In this document: in pieces, positions 1 through 12,000 of the stretch
Layout of the letters: each line of letters begins with the position of its first letter
How positions within the stretch are numbered: the first letter of the stretch is position 1
From: the human T2T-CHM13v2.0 reference genome, Homo sapiens
Assembly: GCF_009914755.1 (NCBI RefSeq)
Contig: NC_060925.1
Direction: 5' to 3' (one strand)
DNA: 64,000 nucleotides
Notes under the pieces: model-generated
What the model was told of the DNA's origin: nothing
The model's input: the letters and a program-made list of their open reading frames with translations, nothing else
Databases searched by the model: none
Program-made: the position numbers and the translations under genes

Positions 1-123
1 TTAATCATCATCGGATGGAAATGAATGGAATCATCATCGAATGGAATCGAATAGAATTATGGAATGAAATCCAGTGTGATCATCATCGAATGGACCCGAA
101 TGGAATCATCATCCAACGGAAGC

Positions 124-134
124 TAATGGAATCA
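124..134 (+). promoter_or_regulatory. DUX4-type motif TAATGGAATCA (representative; one of two per canonical unit)
   Basis: The sequence matches TAAYBBAATCA, and DUX4 binding and activation of HSATII is established. Occupancy at this particular copy is inference. Confidence 0.5.
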
Positions 135-573
135 ACATCGAATGAATCAAATGGAAACATCATCGAATTGAAACGAATGGAATTATCATGAAATTGAAAT
201 GGATGGACTCATCATCGAATGGATTCGAATGGAATCATCGAATAAAATTGATTGAAATCATCATCGAATGGAATCGAATGGTATCATTGAATGGAATCGA
301 ATGGAATCATCATCAGATGGAAATGAATGGAATCGTCATAGAATGGAATCGAATGGATTCATTGAATGGAATCAGATGGAATCATCGAATGGACTGGAAT
401 GGAATCATTGAATGGACTCGAAAGGGATCATTATTGAATGGAATTGAATGGAATCATCGAATGGTCTCGATTGGAATCATTATCAAATGGAATCGAATGG
501 AATCACCGAATAGAATCGAATGGAACAATCATCGAATGCACTCAAATGGAATTATCCTCCAATGGAATGGAAT

Positions 574-619
574 GGAATTATCGAATGCAATCGAATGGAA
601 TTATCGAATGCAATCGAAT
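574..619 (+). repeat. Perfect 23-bp tandem dimer GGAATTATCGAATGCAATCGAAT x2 inside each unit
   Basis: Read directly. It is reduced to one copy in the units starting at 28033, 42956 and 49003. Confidence 0.9.
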
Positions 620-878
620 AGAATCATCGAATGGACTCGAATGGAATCATCGAATGGAATGGAATGGAACAGTCAATGAACTCGAATGGAATCATCATTG
701 AATGGAATCGAATGGAATCATCGAGTGGAATCGAATGGAATTATGATCAAATGGAATCGAATGTAATCATCATCAAATGGAATCAAAAATAACCATCATC
801 AATTGGTATTGAATGGAATTGTCATCAAATGGAATTCAAAGGAATCATCATCAAATGGAACCGAATGGAATCCTCATT

Positions 879-1346
879 GAATGGAAATGAAAGGGGTCAT
901 CATCTAATGGAATCGCATGGAATCATCATCAAATGGAATCGAATGGAATCACCATCAAATGGAATCTAATGGAATCATTGAACAGAATTGAATGGAATCG
1001 TCATCGAATGAATTGAATGCAATCATCGAATGGTCTCGAATGGATTCATCTTCTAATGGAAAGGAATGGAATCATCGCATAGAATCGAATGGAATTATCA
1101 TCGAATGGAATCGAATGGTATCAACACCAAACGGAAAAAAACGGAATTATCGAATGGAATCGAAGAGAATCTTCGAACGGACCCGAATGGAATCATCTAA
1201 TGGAATGGAATGGAATAATCCATGGACTCGAATGCAATCATCATCGAATGGAATCGAATGGAATCATCGAATGGACTCGAATGGAATAATCATTGAACGG
1301 AATCGATTGGAATCATCATCGGATGGAAACGAATGGAATCATCATC
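879..1346 (+). repeat. 468-bp sub-repeat, block A
   Basis: Starts GAATGGAAATGAAAGGGGTC. Diagnostic sites: TTGAATGC, TCTAATGGAAAGG, GGTATCAACACC, CTTCGAACGG, GGAAACG. The paralogous block lies at +468. Confidence 0.93.
967..977 (+). promoter_or_regulatory. DUX4-type motif TAATGGAATCA in block A (representative)
   Basis: TCTAATGGAATCATTG in block A. The equivalent position in block B reads CAAATGGAATCA, which does not match. Confidence 0.5.
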
Positions 1347-1814
1347 GAATGGAAATGAAAGGAGTCATCATCTAATGGAATTGCATGGAATCATCATAAA
1401 ATGGAATCGAATGGAATCAACATCAAATGGAATCAAATGGAATCATTGAACGGAATTGAATGGAATCGTCATCGAATGAATTGACTGCAATCATCCAATG
1501 GTCTCGAATGGAATCATCTTCAAATGGAATGGAATGGAATCATCGCATAGAATCGAATGGAATTATCATCGAATGGAATCGAAGGGAATCAACATCCAAC
1601 GGAAAAAAACGGAATTATCGAATGGAATCGAAGAGAATCATCGAATGGACCCGAATGGAATCATGTAATGGAATGGAATGGAATAATCCATGGACTCGAA
1701 TGCAATCATCATCGAATGGAATCGAATGGAATCATCGAATGGACTCGAATGGAATAATCATTGAACGGAATCGAATGGAATCATCATCGGATGGAAATGA
1801 ATGGAATCATCATC
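1347..1814 (+). repeat. 468-bp sub-repeat, block B
   Basis: Starts GAATGGAAATGAAAGGAGTC. Diagnostic sites: TTGACTGC, TCAAATGGAATGG, GGAATCAACATC, CATCGAATGGACCC, GGAAATG. The ORFs at 992 and 1460 are 468 bp apart. Confidence 0.93.
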
Positions 1815-4800
1815 GAATGGAATCGAATAGAATTATGGAATGAAATCCAGTGTGATCATCATCGAATGGACCCGAAAGGAATCATCATCCAACGGAAGCT
1901 AATGGAATCAACATCGAATGAATCGAATGGAAACACCATCGAATTGAAACGAATGGAATTATCATGAAATTGAAATGGATGGACTCATCATCGAATGGAT
2001 TCGAATGGAATCATGGAATAAAATTGATGGAAATCATCATCCAATGGAATCGAATGGTATCATTGAATGGAATCGAATGGAATCATCATCAGATGGAAAT
2101 GAATGGAATCGTCATAGAATGGAATCGAATGGATTCATTGAATGGAATCAGATGGAATCATCGAATGGACTGGAATGGAATCATTGAATGGACTCGAAAG
2201 GGATCATGATTGAATGGAATTGAATGGAATCATCGAATGGTCTCGATTGGAATCATTATCAAATGGAATCGAATGGAATCACCGAATAGAATCGAATGGA
2301 ACAATCATCGAATGGACTCAAATGGAATTATCCTCCAATGGAATGGAATGGAATTATCGAATGCAATCGAATGGAATTATCGAATGCAATCGAATAGAAT
2401 CATCGAATGGACTCGAATGGAATCATCGAATGGAATGGAATGGAACAGTCAATGAACTCGAATGGAATCATCATTGAATGGAATCGAATGTAATCATCGA
2501 GTGGAATCGAATGGAATTATGATCAAATGGAATCGAATGTAATCATCATCAAATGGAATCAAAAATAACCATCATCAATTGGTATTGAATGGAATTGTCA
2601 TCAAATGGAATTCAAAGGAATCATCATCAAATGGAACCGAATGGAATCCTCATTGAATGGAAATGAAAGGGGTCATCATCTAATGGAATCGCATGGAATC
2701 ATCATCAAATGGAATCGAATGGAATCATCATCAAATGGAATCTAATGGAATCATTGAACAGAATTGAATGGAATCGTCATCGAATGAATTGAATGCAATC
2801 ATCGAATGGTCTCGAATGGAATCATCTTCTAATGGAAAGGAATGGAATCATCGCATAGAATCGAATGGAATTATCATCGAATGGAATCGAATGGTATCAA
2901 CACCAAACGGAAAAAAACGGAATTATCGAATGGAATCGAAGAGAATCTTCGAACGGACCCGAATGGAATCATCTAATGGAATGGAATGGAATAATCCATG
3001 GACTCGAATGCAATCATCATCGAATGGAATCGAATGGAATCATCGAATGGACTCGAATGGAATAATCATTGAACGGAATCGATTGGAATCATCATCGGAT
3101 GGAAACGAATGGAATCATCATCGAATGGAAATGAAAGGAGTCATCATCTAATGGAATTGCATGGAATCATCATAAAATGGAATCGAATGGAATCAACATC
3201 AAATGGAATCAAATGGAATCATTGAACGGAATTGAATGGAATCGTCATCGAATGAATTGACTGCAATCATCCAGTGGTCTCGAATGGAATCATCTTCAAA
3301 TGGAATGGAATGGAATCATCGCATAGAATCGAATGGAATTATCATCGAATGGAATCGAATGGAATCAACATCCAACGGAAAAAAACGGAATTATCGAATG
3401 GAATCGAAGAGAATCATCGAATGGACCCGAATGGAATCATGTAATGGAATGGAATGGAATAATCCATGGACTCGAATGCAATCATCATCGAATGGAATCG
3501 AATGGAATCATCGAATGGACTCGTATGGAATAATCATTGAACGGAATCGAATGGAATCATCATCGGATGGAAATGAATGGAATCATCATCGAATGGAATC
3601 GAATAGAATTATGGAATGAAATCCAGTGTGATCATCATCGAATGGACCCGAATGGAATCATCATCCAACGGAAGCTAATGGAATCAACATCGAATGAATC
3701 AAATGGAAACACCATCGAATTGAAACGAATGGAATTATCATGAAATTGAAATGGATGGACTCATCATCGAATGGATTAATGGAATCATCGAATAAAATTG
3801 ATTGAAATCATCATCGAATGGAATCGAATGGTATCATTGAATGGAATCGAATGGAATCATCATCAGATGGAAATGAATGGAATCGTCATAGAATGGAATC
3901 GAATGGATTCATTGAATGGAATCAGATGGAATCATCGAATGGACTGGAATGGAATCATTGAATGGACTCGAAAGGGATCATGATTGAATGGAATTGAATG
4001 GAATCATCGAATGGTCTCGATTGGAATCATTATCAAATGGAATCGAATGGAATCACCGAATAGAATCGAATGGAACAATCATCGAATGGACTCAAATGGA
4101 ATTATCCTCAAATGGAATCGAATGGAATTATCGAATGCAATCGAATGGAATTATCGAGTGCAATCGAATAGAATCATCGAATGGACTCGAATGGAATCAT
4201 CGAATGGAATGGAATGGAACAGTCAATGAACTCGAATGGAATCATCATTGAATGGAATCGAATGGAATCATCGAGTGGAATCGAATGGAATTATGATCAA
4301 ATGGAATCGAATGTAGTCATCATCAAATGGAATCAAAAATAACCATCATCAATTGGTATTGAATGGAATTGTCATCAAATGGAATTCAAAGGAATCATCA
4401 TCAAATGGAACCGAATGGAATCCTCATTGAATGGAAATGAAAGGGGTCATCATCTAATGGAATCGCATGGAATCATCATCAAATGGAATCGAATGGAATC
4501 ATCATCAAATGGAATCTAATGGAATCATTGAACAGAATTGAATGGAATCGTCATCGAATGAATTGAATGCAATCATCGAATGGTCTCGAATGGAATCATC
4601 TTCTAATGGAAAGGAATGGAATCATCGCATAGAATCGAATGGAATTATCATCGAATGGAATCGAATGGTATCAACACCAAACGGAAAAAAACGGAATTAT
4701 CAAATGGAATCGAAGAGAATCTTCGAACGGACCCGAATGGAATCATCTAATGGAATGGAATGGAATAATCCATGGACTCGAATGCAATCATCATCGAATG

Positions 4801-7800
4801 GAATCGAATGGAATCATCGAATGGACTCGAATGGAATAATCATTGAACGGAATCGAATGGAATCATCATCGGATGGAAACGAATGGAATCATCATCGAAT
4901 GGAAATGAAAGGAGTCATCATCTAATGGAATTGCATGGAATCATCATAAAATGGAATCGAATGGAATCAACATCAAATGGAATCAAATGGAATCATTGAA
5001 CGGAATTGAATGGAATCGTCATCGAATGAATTGACTGCAATCATCCAATGGTCTCGAATGGAATCATCTTCAAATGGAATGGAATGGAATCATCGCATAG
5101 AATCGAATGGAATTATCATCGAATGGAATCGAATGGAATCAACATCAAACGGAAAAAAACGGAATTATCGAATGGAATCGAAGAGAATCATCGAATGGAC
5201 CCGAATGGAATCATCTAATGGAATGGAATGGAATAATCCATGGACTCGAATGCAATCATCATCGAATGGAATCGAATGGAATCATCGAATGGACTCGAAT
5301 GGAATAATCATTGAACGGAATCGAATGGAATCATCATCGGATGGAAATGAATGGAATCATCATCGAATGGAATCGAATAGAATTATGGAATGAAATCCAG
5401 TGTGATCATCATCGAATGGACCCGAATGGAATCATCATCCAACGGAAGCTAATGGAATCAACATCGAATGAATCAAATGGAAACACCATCGAATTGAAAC
5501 GAATGGAATTATCATGAAATTGAAATGGATGGACTCATCATCGAATGGATTCGAATGGAATCATCGAATAAAATTGATTGAAATCATCATCGAATGGAAT
5601 CGAATGGTATCATTGAATGGAATCGAATGGAATCATCATCAGATGGAAATGAATGGAATCGTCATAGAATGGAATCGAATGGATTCATTGAATGGAATCA
5701 GATGGAATCATCGAATGGACTGGAATGGAATCATTGAATGGACTCGAAAGGGATCATTATTGAATGGAATTGAATGGAATCATCGAATGGTCTCGATTGG
5801 AATCATTATCAAATGGAATCGAATGGAATCACCGAATAGAATCGAATGGAACAATCATCGAATGGACTCAAATGGAATTATCCTCCAATGGAATGGAATG
5901 GAATTATCGAATGCAATCGAATGGAATTATCGAATGCAATCGAATAGAATCATCGAATGGACTCGAATGGAATCATCGAATGGAATGGAATGGAACAGTC
6001 AATGAACTCGAATGGAATCATCATTGAATGGAATCGAATGGAATCATCGAGTGGAATCGAATGGAATTATGATCAAATGGAATCGAATGTAATCATCATC
6101 AAATGGAATCAAAAATAACCATCATCAATTGGTATTGAATGGAATTGTCATCAAATGGAATTCAAAGGAATCATCATCAAATGGAACCGAATGGAATCCT
6201 CATTGAATGGAAATGAAAGGGGTCATCATCTAATGGAATCGCATGGAATCATCATCAAATGGAATCGAATGGAATCACCATCAAATGGAATCTAATGGAA
6301 TCATTGAACAGAATTGAATGGAATCGTCATCGAATGAATTGAATGCAATCATCGAATGGTCTCGAATGGATTCATCTTCTAATGGAAAGGAATGGAATCA
6401 TCGCATAGAATCGAATGGAATTATCATCGAATGGAATCGAATGGTATCAACACCAAACGGAAAAAAACGGAATTATCGAATGGAATCGAAGAGAATCTTC
6501 GAACGGACCCGAATGGAATCATCTAATGGAATGGAATGGAATAATCCATGGACTCGAATGCAATCATCATCGAATGGAATCGAATGGAATCATCGAATGG
6601 ACTCGAATGGAATAATCATTGAACGGAATCGATTGGAATCATCATCGGATGGAAACGAATGGAATCATCATCGAATGGAAATGAAAGGAGTCATCATCTA
6701 ATGGAATTGCATGGAATCATCATAAAATGGAATCGAATGGAATCAACATCAAATGGAATCAAATGGAATCATTGAACGGAATTGAATGGAATCGTCATCG
6801 AATGAATTGACTGCAATCATCCAATGGTCTCGAATGGAATCATCTTCAAATGGAATGGAATGGAATCATCGCATAGAATCGAATGGAATTATCATCGAAT
6901 GGAATCGAAGGGAATCAACATCCAACGGAAAAAAACGGAATTATCGAATGGAATCGAAGAGAATCATCGAATGGACCCGAATGGAATCATGTAATGGAAT
7001 GGAATGGAATAATCCATGGACTCGAATGCAATCATCATCGAATGGAATCGAATGGAATCATCGAATGGACTCGAATGGAAAAATCATTGAACGGAATCGA
7101 ATGGAATCATCATCGGATGGAAATGAATGGAATCATCATCGAATGGAATCGAATAGAATTATGGAATGAAATCCAGTGTGATCATCATCGAATGGACCCG
7201 AATGGAATCATCATCCAACGGAAGCTAATGGAATCAACATCGAATGAATCAAATGGAAACACCATCGAATTGAAACGAATGGAATTATCATGAAATTGAA
7301 ATGGATGGACTCATCATCGAATGGATTCGAATGGAATCATCGAATAAAATTGATTGAAATCATCATCGAATGGAATCGAATGGTATCATTGAATGGAATC
7401 GAATGGAATCATCATCAGATGGAAATGAATGGAATCGTCATAGAATGGAATCGAATGGATTCATTGAATGGAATCAGATGGAATCATCGAATGGACTGGA
7501 ATGGAATCATTGAATGGACTCGATAGGGATCATTATTGAATGGAATTGAATGGAATCATCGAATGGTCTCGATTGGAATCATTATCAAATGGAATCGAAT
7601 GGAATCACCGAATAGAATCGAATGGAACAATCATCGAATGGACTCAAATGGAATTATCCTCAAATGGAATCGAATGGAATTATCGAATGCAATCGAATGG
7701 AATTATCGAATGCAATCGAATAGAATCATCGAATGGACTCGAATGGAATCATCGAATGGAATGGAATGGAACAGTCAATGAACTCGAATGGAATCATCAT

Positions 7801-8448
7801 TGAATGGAATCGAATGGAATCATCGAGTGGAATCGAATGGAATTATGATCAAATGGAATCGAATGTAATCATCATCAAATGGAATCAAAAATAACAATCA
7901 TCAATTGGTATTGAATGGAATTGTCATCAAATGGAATTCAAAGGAATCATCATCAAATGGAACCGAATGGAATCCTCATTGAATGGAAATGAAAGGGGTC
8001 ATCATCTAATGGAATCGCATGGAATCATCATAAAATGGAATCGAATGGAATCAACATCAAATGGAATCAAATGGAATCATTGAACGGAATTGAATGGAAT
8101 CGTCATCGAATGAATTGGATGCAATCATCGAATGGTCTCGAATGGAATCTTCTTCAAATGGAATGGAATGGAATCATCGCATAGAATCGAATGGAATTAT
8201 CATCGAATGGAATCGAATGGAATCAACATCAAACGGAAAAAAACGGAATTATCGAATGGAATCGAAGAGAATCATCGAATGGACCCGAATGGAATCATCT
8301 AATGGAATGGAATGGAATAATCCATGGACTCGAATGCAATCATCATCGAATGGAATCGAATGGAATCATCGAATGGACTCGAATGGAATAATCATTGAAC
8401 GGAATCGAATGGAATCATCATCGGATGGAAACGAATGGAATCATCATC

Positions 8449-9063
8449 GAATGGAAATGAAAGGAGTCATCATCTAATGGAATTGCATGGAATCATCATA
8501 AAATGGAATCGAATGGAATCAACATCAAATGGAATCAAATGGAATCATTGAACGGAATTGAATGGAATCGTCATCGAATGAATTGACTGCAATCATCGAA
8601 TGGTCTCGAATGTAATCACATTCTAATGGAAAGGAATGGAATCATCGCATAGAATCGAATGGAATTAACATTGAATGGACTCGAATGGAATCAACATCAA
8701 ACGGAATCAAGCGGAATTATCGAATGGAATCGAAGAGAATCATCGAATGGTCTCGAATGGAATCATCTTCTAATGGAAAGGAATGGAATCATCGCATAGA
8801 ATCGAATGGAATTAACATTGAATGGACTCGAATGGAATCAACATCAAATGGAATCAAGCGGAATTATCGAATGAAATCGAAGAGAATCATCGAATGGACT
8901 CGAATGGAATCATCTAATGGAATGGAATGGAATAATCCACGGACTCGAATGCAATCATCATCGTATAGAATCGAATGGAATCATCGAATGGACTCGAATG
9001 GAATAATCATTGAACGGAAGCGAATGGAATCATCATCGGATGGAAACGAATGGAATCATCATC
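8449..9063 (+). repeat. Extra 615-bp divergent block C (468-bp block with internal 147-bp duplication), copy 1
   Basis: The unit 7290-9680 is 2391 bp (1776+615). Markers: TGTAATCACATTC, GAATTAACATTG, GGAATCAAGCGG, CCACGG, CGTATAG, GGAAGCG. Internal repeat 8591-8737/8738-8884. Confidence 0.92.
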
Positions 9064-12000
9064 GAATGGAAATGAAAGGAGTCATCATCTAATGGAATTG
9101 CATGGAATCATCATAAAATGGAATCGAATGGAATCAAAATCAAATGGAATCAAATGGAATCATTGAACGGAATTGAATGGAATCGTCATCGAATGAATTG
9201 ACTGCAATCATCGAATGGTCTCGAATGGAATCATCTTCAAATGGAATGGAATGGAATCATCGCATAGAATCGAATGGAATTATCATCGAATGGAATCGAA
9301 TGGAATCAACATCAAACGGAAAAAAACGGAATTATCGAATGGAATCGAAGAGAATCATCGAATGGACCCGAATGGAATCATCTAATGGAATGGAATGGAA
9401 TAATCCATGGACTCGAATGCAATCATCATCGAATGGAATCGAATGGAATCATCGAATGGACTCGAATGGAATAATCATTGAACGGAATCGAATGGAATCA
9501 TCATCGGATGGAAATGAATGGAATCATCATCGAATGGAATCGAATAGAATTATGGAATGAAATCCAGTGTGATCATCATCGAATGGACCCGAATGGAATC
9601 ATCATCCAACGGAAGCTAATGGAATCAACATCGAATGAATCGAATGGAAACACCATCGAATTGAAACGAATGGAATTATCATGAAATTGAAATGGATGGA
9701 CTCATCATCGGATGGATTCGAATGGAATCATCGAATAAAATTGATTGAAATCATCATCCAATGGAATCGAATGGTATCATTGAATGGAATCGAATGGAAT
9801 CATCATCAGATGGAAATGAATGGAATCGTCATAGAATGGAATCGAATGGATTCATTGAATGGAATCAGATGGAATCATCGAATGGACTGGAATGGAATCA
9901 TTGAATGGACTCGAAAGGGATCATGATTGAATGGAATTGAATGGAATCATCGAATGGTCTCGATTGGAATCATTATCAAATGGAATCGAATGGAATCACC
10001 GAATAGAATCGAATGGAACAATCATCGAATGGACTCAAATGGAATTATCCTCAAATGGAATCGAATGGAATTATCGAATGCAATCGAATGGAATTATCGA
10101 ATGCAATCGAATAGAATCATCGAATGGACTCGAATGGAATCATCGAATGGAATGGAATGGAACAGTCAATGAACTCGAATGGAATCATCATTGAATGGAA
10201 TCGAATGGAATCATCGAGTGGAATCGAATGGAATTATGATCAAATGCAATCGAATGTAATCCTCATCAAATGGAATCAAAAATAACCATCATCAATTGGT
10301 ATTGAATGGAATTGTCATCAAATGGAATTCAAAGGAATCATCATCAAATGGAACCGAATGGAATCCTCATTGAATGGAAATGAAAGGGGTCATCATCTAA
10401 TGGAATCGCATGGAATCATCATCAAATGGAATCGAATGGAATCATCATCAAATGGAATCTAATGGAATCATTGAACAGAATTGAATGGAATCGTCATCGA
10501 ATGAATTGAATGCAATCATCGAATGGTCTCGAATGGAATCATCTTCTAATGGAAAGGAATGGAATCATCGCATAGAATCGAATGGAATTATCATCGAATG
10601 GAATCGAATGGTATCAACACCAAACGGAAAAAAACGGAATTATCGAATGGAATCGAAGAGAATCTTCGAACGGACCCGAATGGAATCATCTAATGGAATG
10701 GAATGGAATAATCCATGGACTCGAATGCAATCATCATCGAATGGAATCGAATGGAATCATCGAATGGACTCGAATGGAATAATCATTGAACGGAATCGAA
10801 TGGAATCATCATCGGATGGAAACGAATGGAAACATCATCGAATGGAAATGAAAGGAGTCATCATCTAATGGAATTGCATGGAATCATCATAAAATGGAAT
10901 CGAATGGAATCAACATCAAATGGAATCAAATGGAATCATTGAACGGAATTGAATGGAATCGTCATTGAATGAATTGACTACAATCACCGAATGGTCTCGA
11001 ATGGAATCATCTTCAAATGGAATGGAATGGAATCATCGCATAGAATCGAATGGAATTATCATCGAATGGAATCGAATGGAATCAACATCAAACGGAAAAA
11101 AACAGAATTATCGTATGGAATCGAAGAGAATCATCGAATGGACCCGAATGGAATCATCTAATGGAATGGAATGGAATAATCCATGGACTCGAATGCAATC
11201 ATCATCGAATGGAATCGAATGGAATCATCGAATGGACTCGAATGGAATAATCATTGAACGGAATCGAATGGAATCATCATCGGATGGAAATGAATGGAAT
11301 CATCATCGAATGGAATCGAATAGAATTATGGAATGAAATCCAGTGTGATCATCATCGAATGGACCCGAATGGAATCATCCAACGGAAGCTAATGGAATCA
11401 ACATCGAATGAATCGAATGGAAACACCATCGAATTGAACCGAATGGAATTATCATGAAATTGAAATGGATGGACTCATCAACGAATGGATTCGAATGGAA
11501 TCATCGAATAAAATTGATTGAAATCATCATCGAATGGAATCGAATGGTATCATTGAATGGAATCGAATGGAATCATCATCAGATGGAAATGAATGGAATC
11601 GTCATAGAATGGAATCGAATGGATTCATTGAATGGAATCAGATGGAATCATCGAATGGACTGGAATGGAATCATTGAATGGACTCGAAAGGGATCATGAT
11701 TGAATGGAATTGAATGGAATCATCGAATGGTCTCGATTGGAATCATTATCAAATGGAATCGAATGGAATCACCGAATAGAATCGAATGGAACAATCATCG
11801 AATGGACTCAAATGGAATTATCCTCCAATGGAATGGAATGGAATTATCGAATGCAATCGAATGGAATTATCGAATGCAATCGAATAGAATCATCGAATGG
11901 ACTCGAATGGAATCATCGAATGGAATGGAATGGAACAGTCAATGAACTCGAATGGAATCATCATTGAATGGAATCGAATGGAATCATCGAGTGGAATCGA

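Larger units (their letters stand above)
188..1963 (+). repeat. Representative canonical 1776-bp HSat2 unit (840-bp segment plus 468-bp blocks A and B)
   Basis: The anchor ATGAAATTGAAATGGATGG recurs at 1964. There is a single GAATTC at 832-837, and all ORF-track landmarks recur at +1776. Confidence 0.95.

Noticed and set aside
240-247. AATAAA once per unit as a polyadenylation signal
   Set aside because: It is an expected chance derivative of GAATGGAAT in A-rich sequence, with no GU-rich downstream element or transcript evidence visible.
1131-1144. ACGGAAAAAAACGG A-tract as a poly(A) remnant with target-site duplication, or a terminator
   Set aside because: Block C has GGAATCAAGCGG at the same position and length, so the tract arose by substitution within pentamers, not by insertion.
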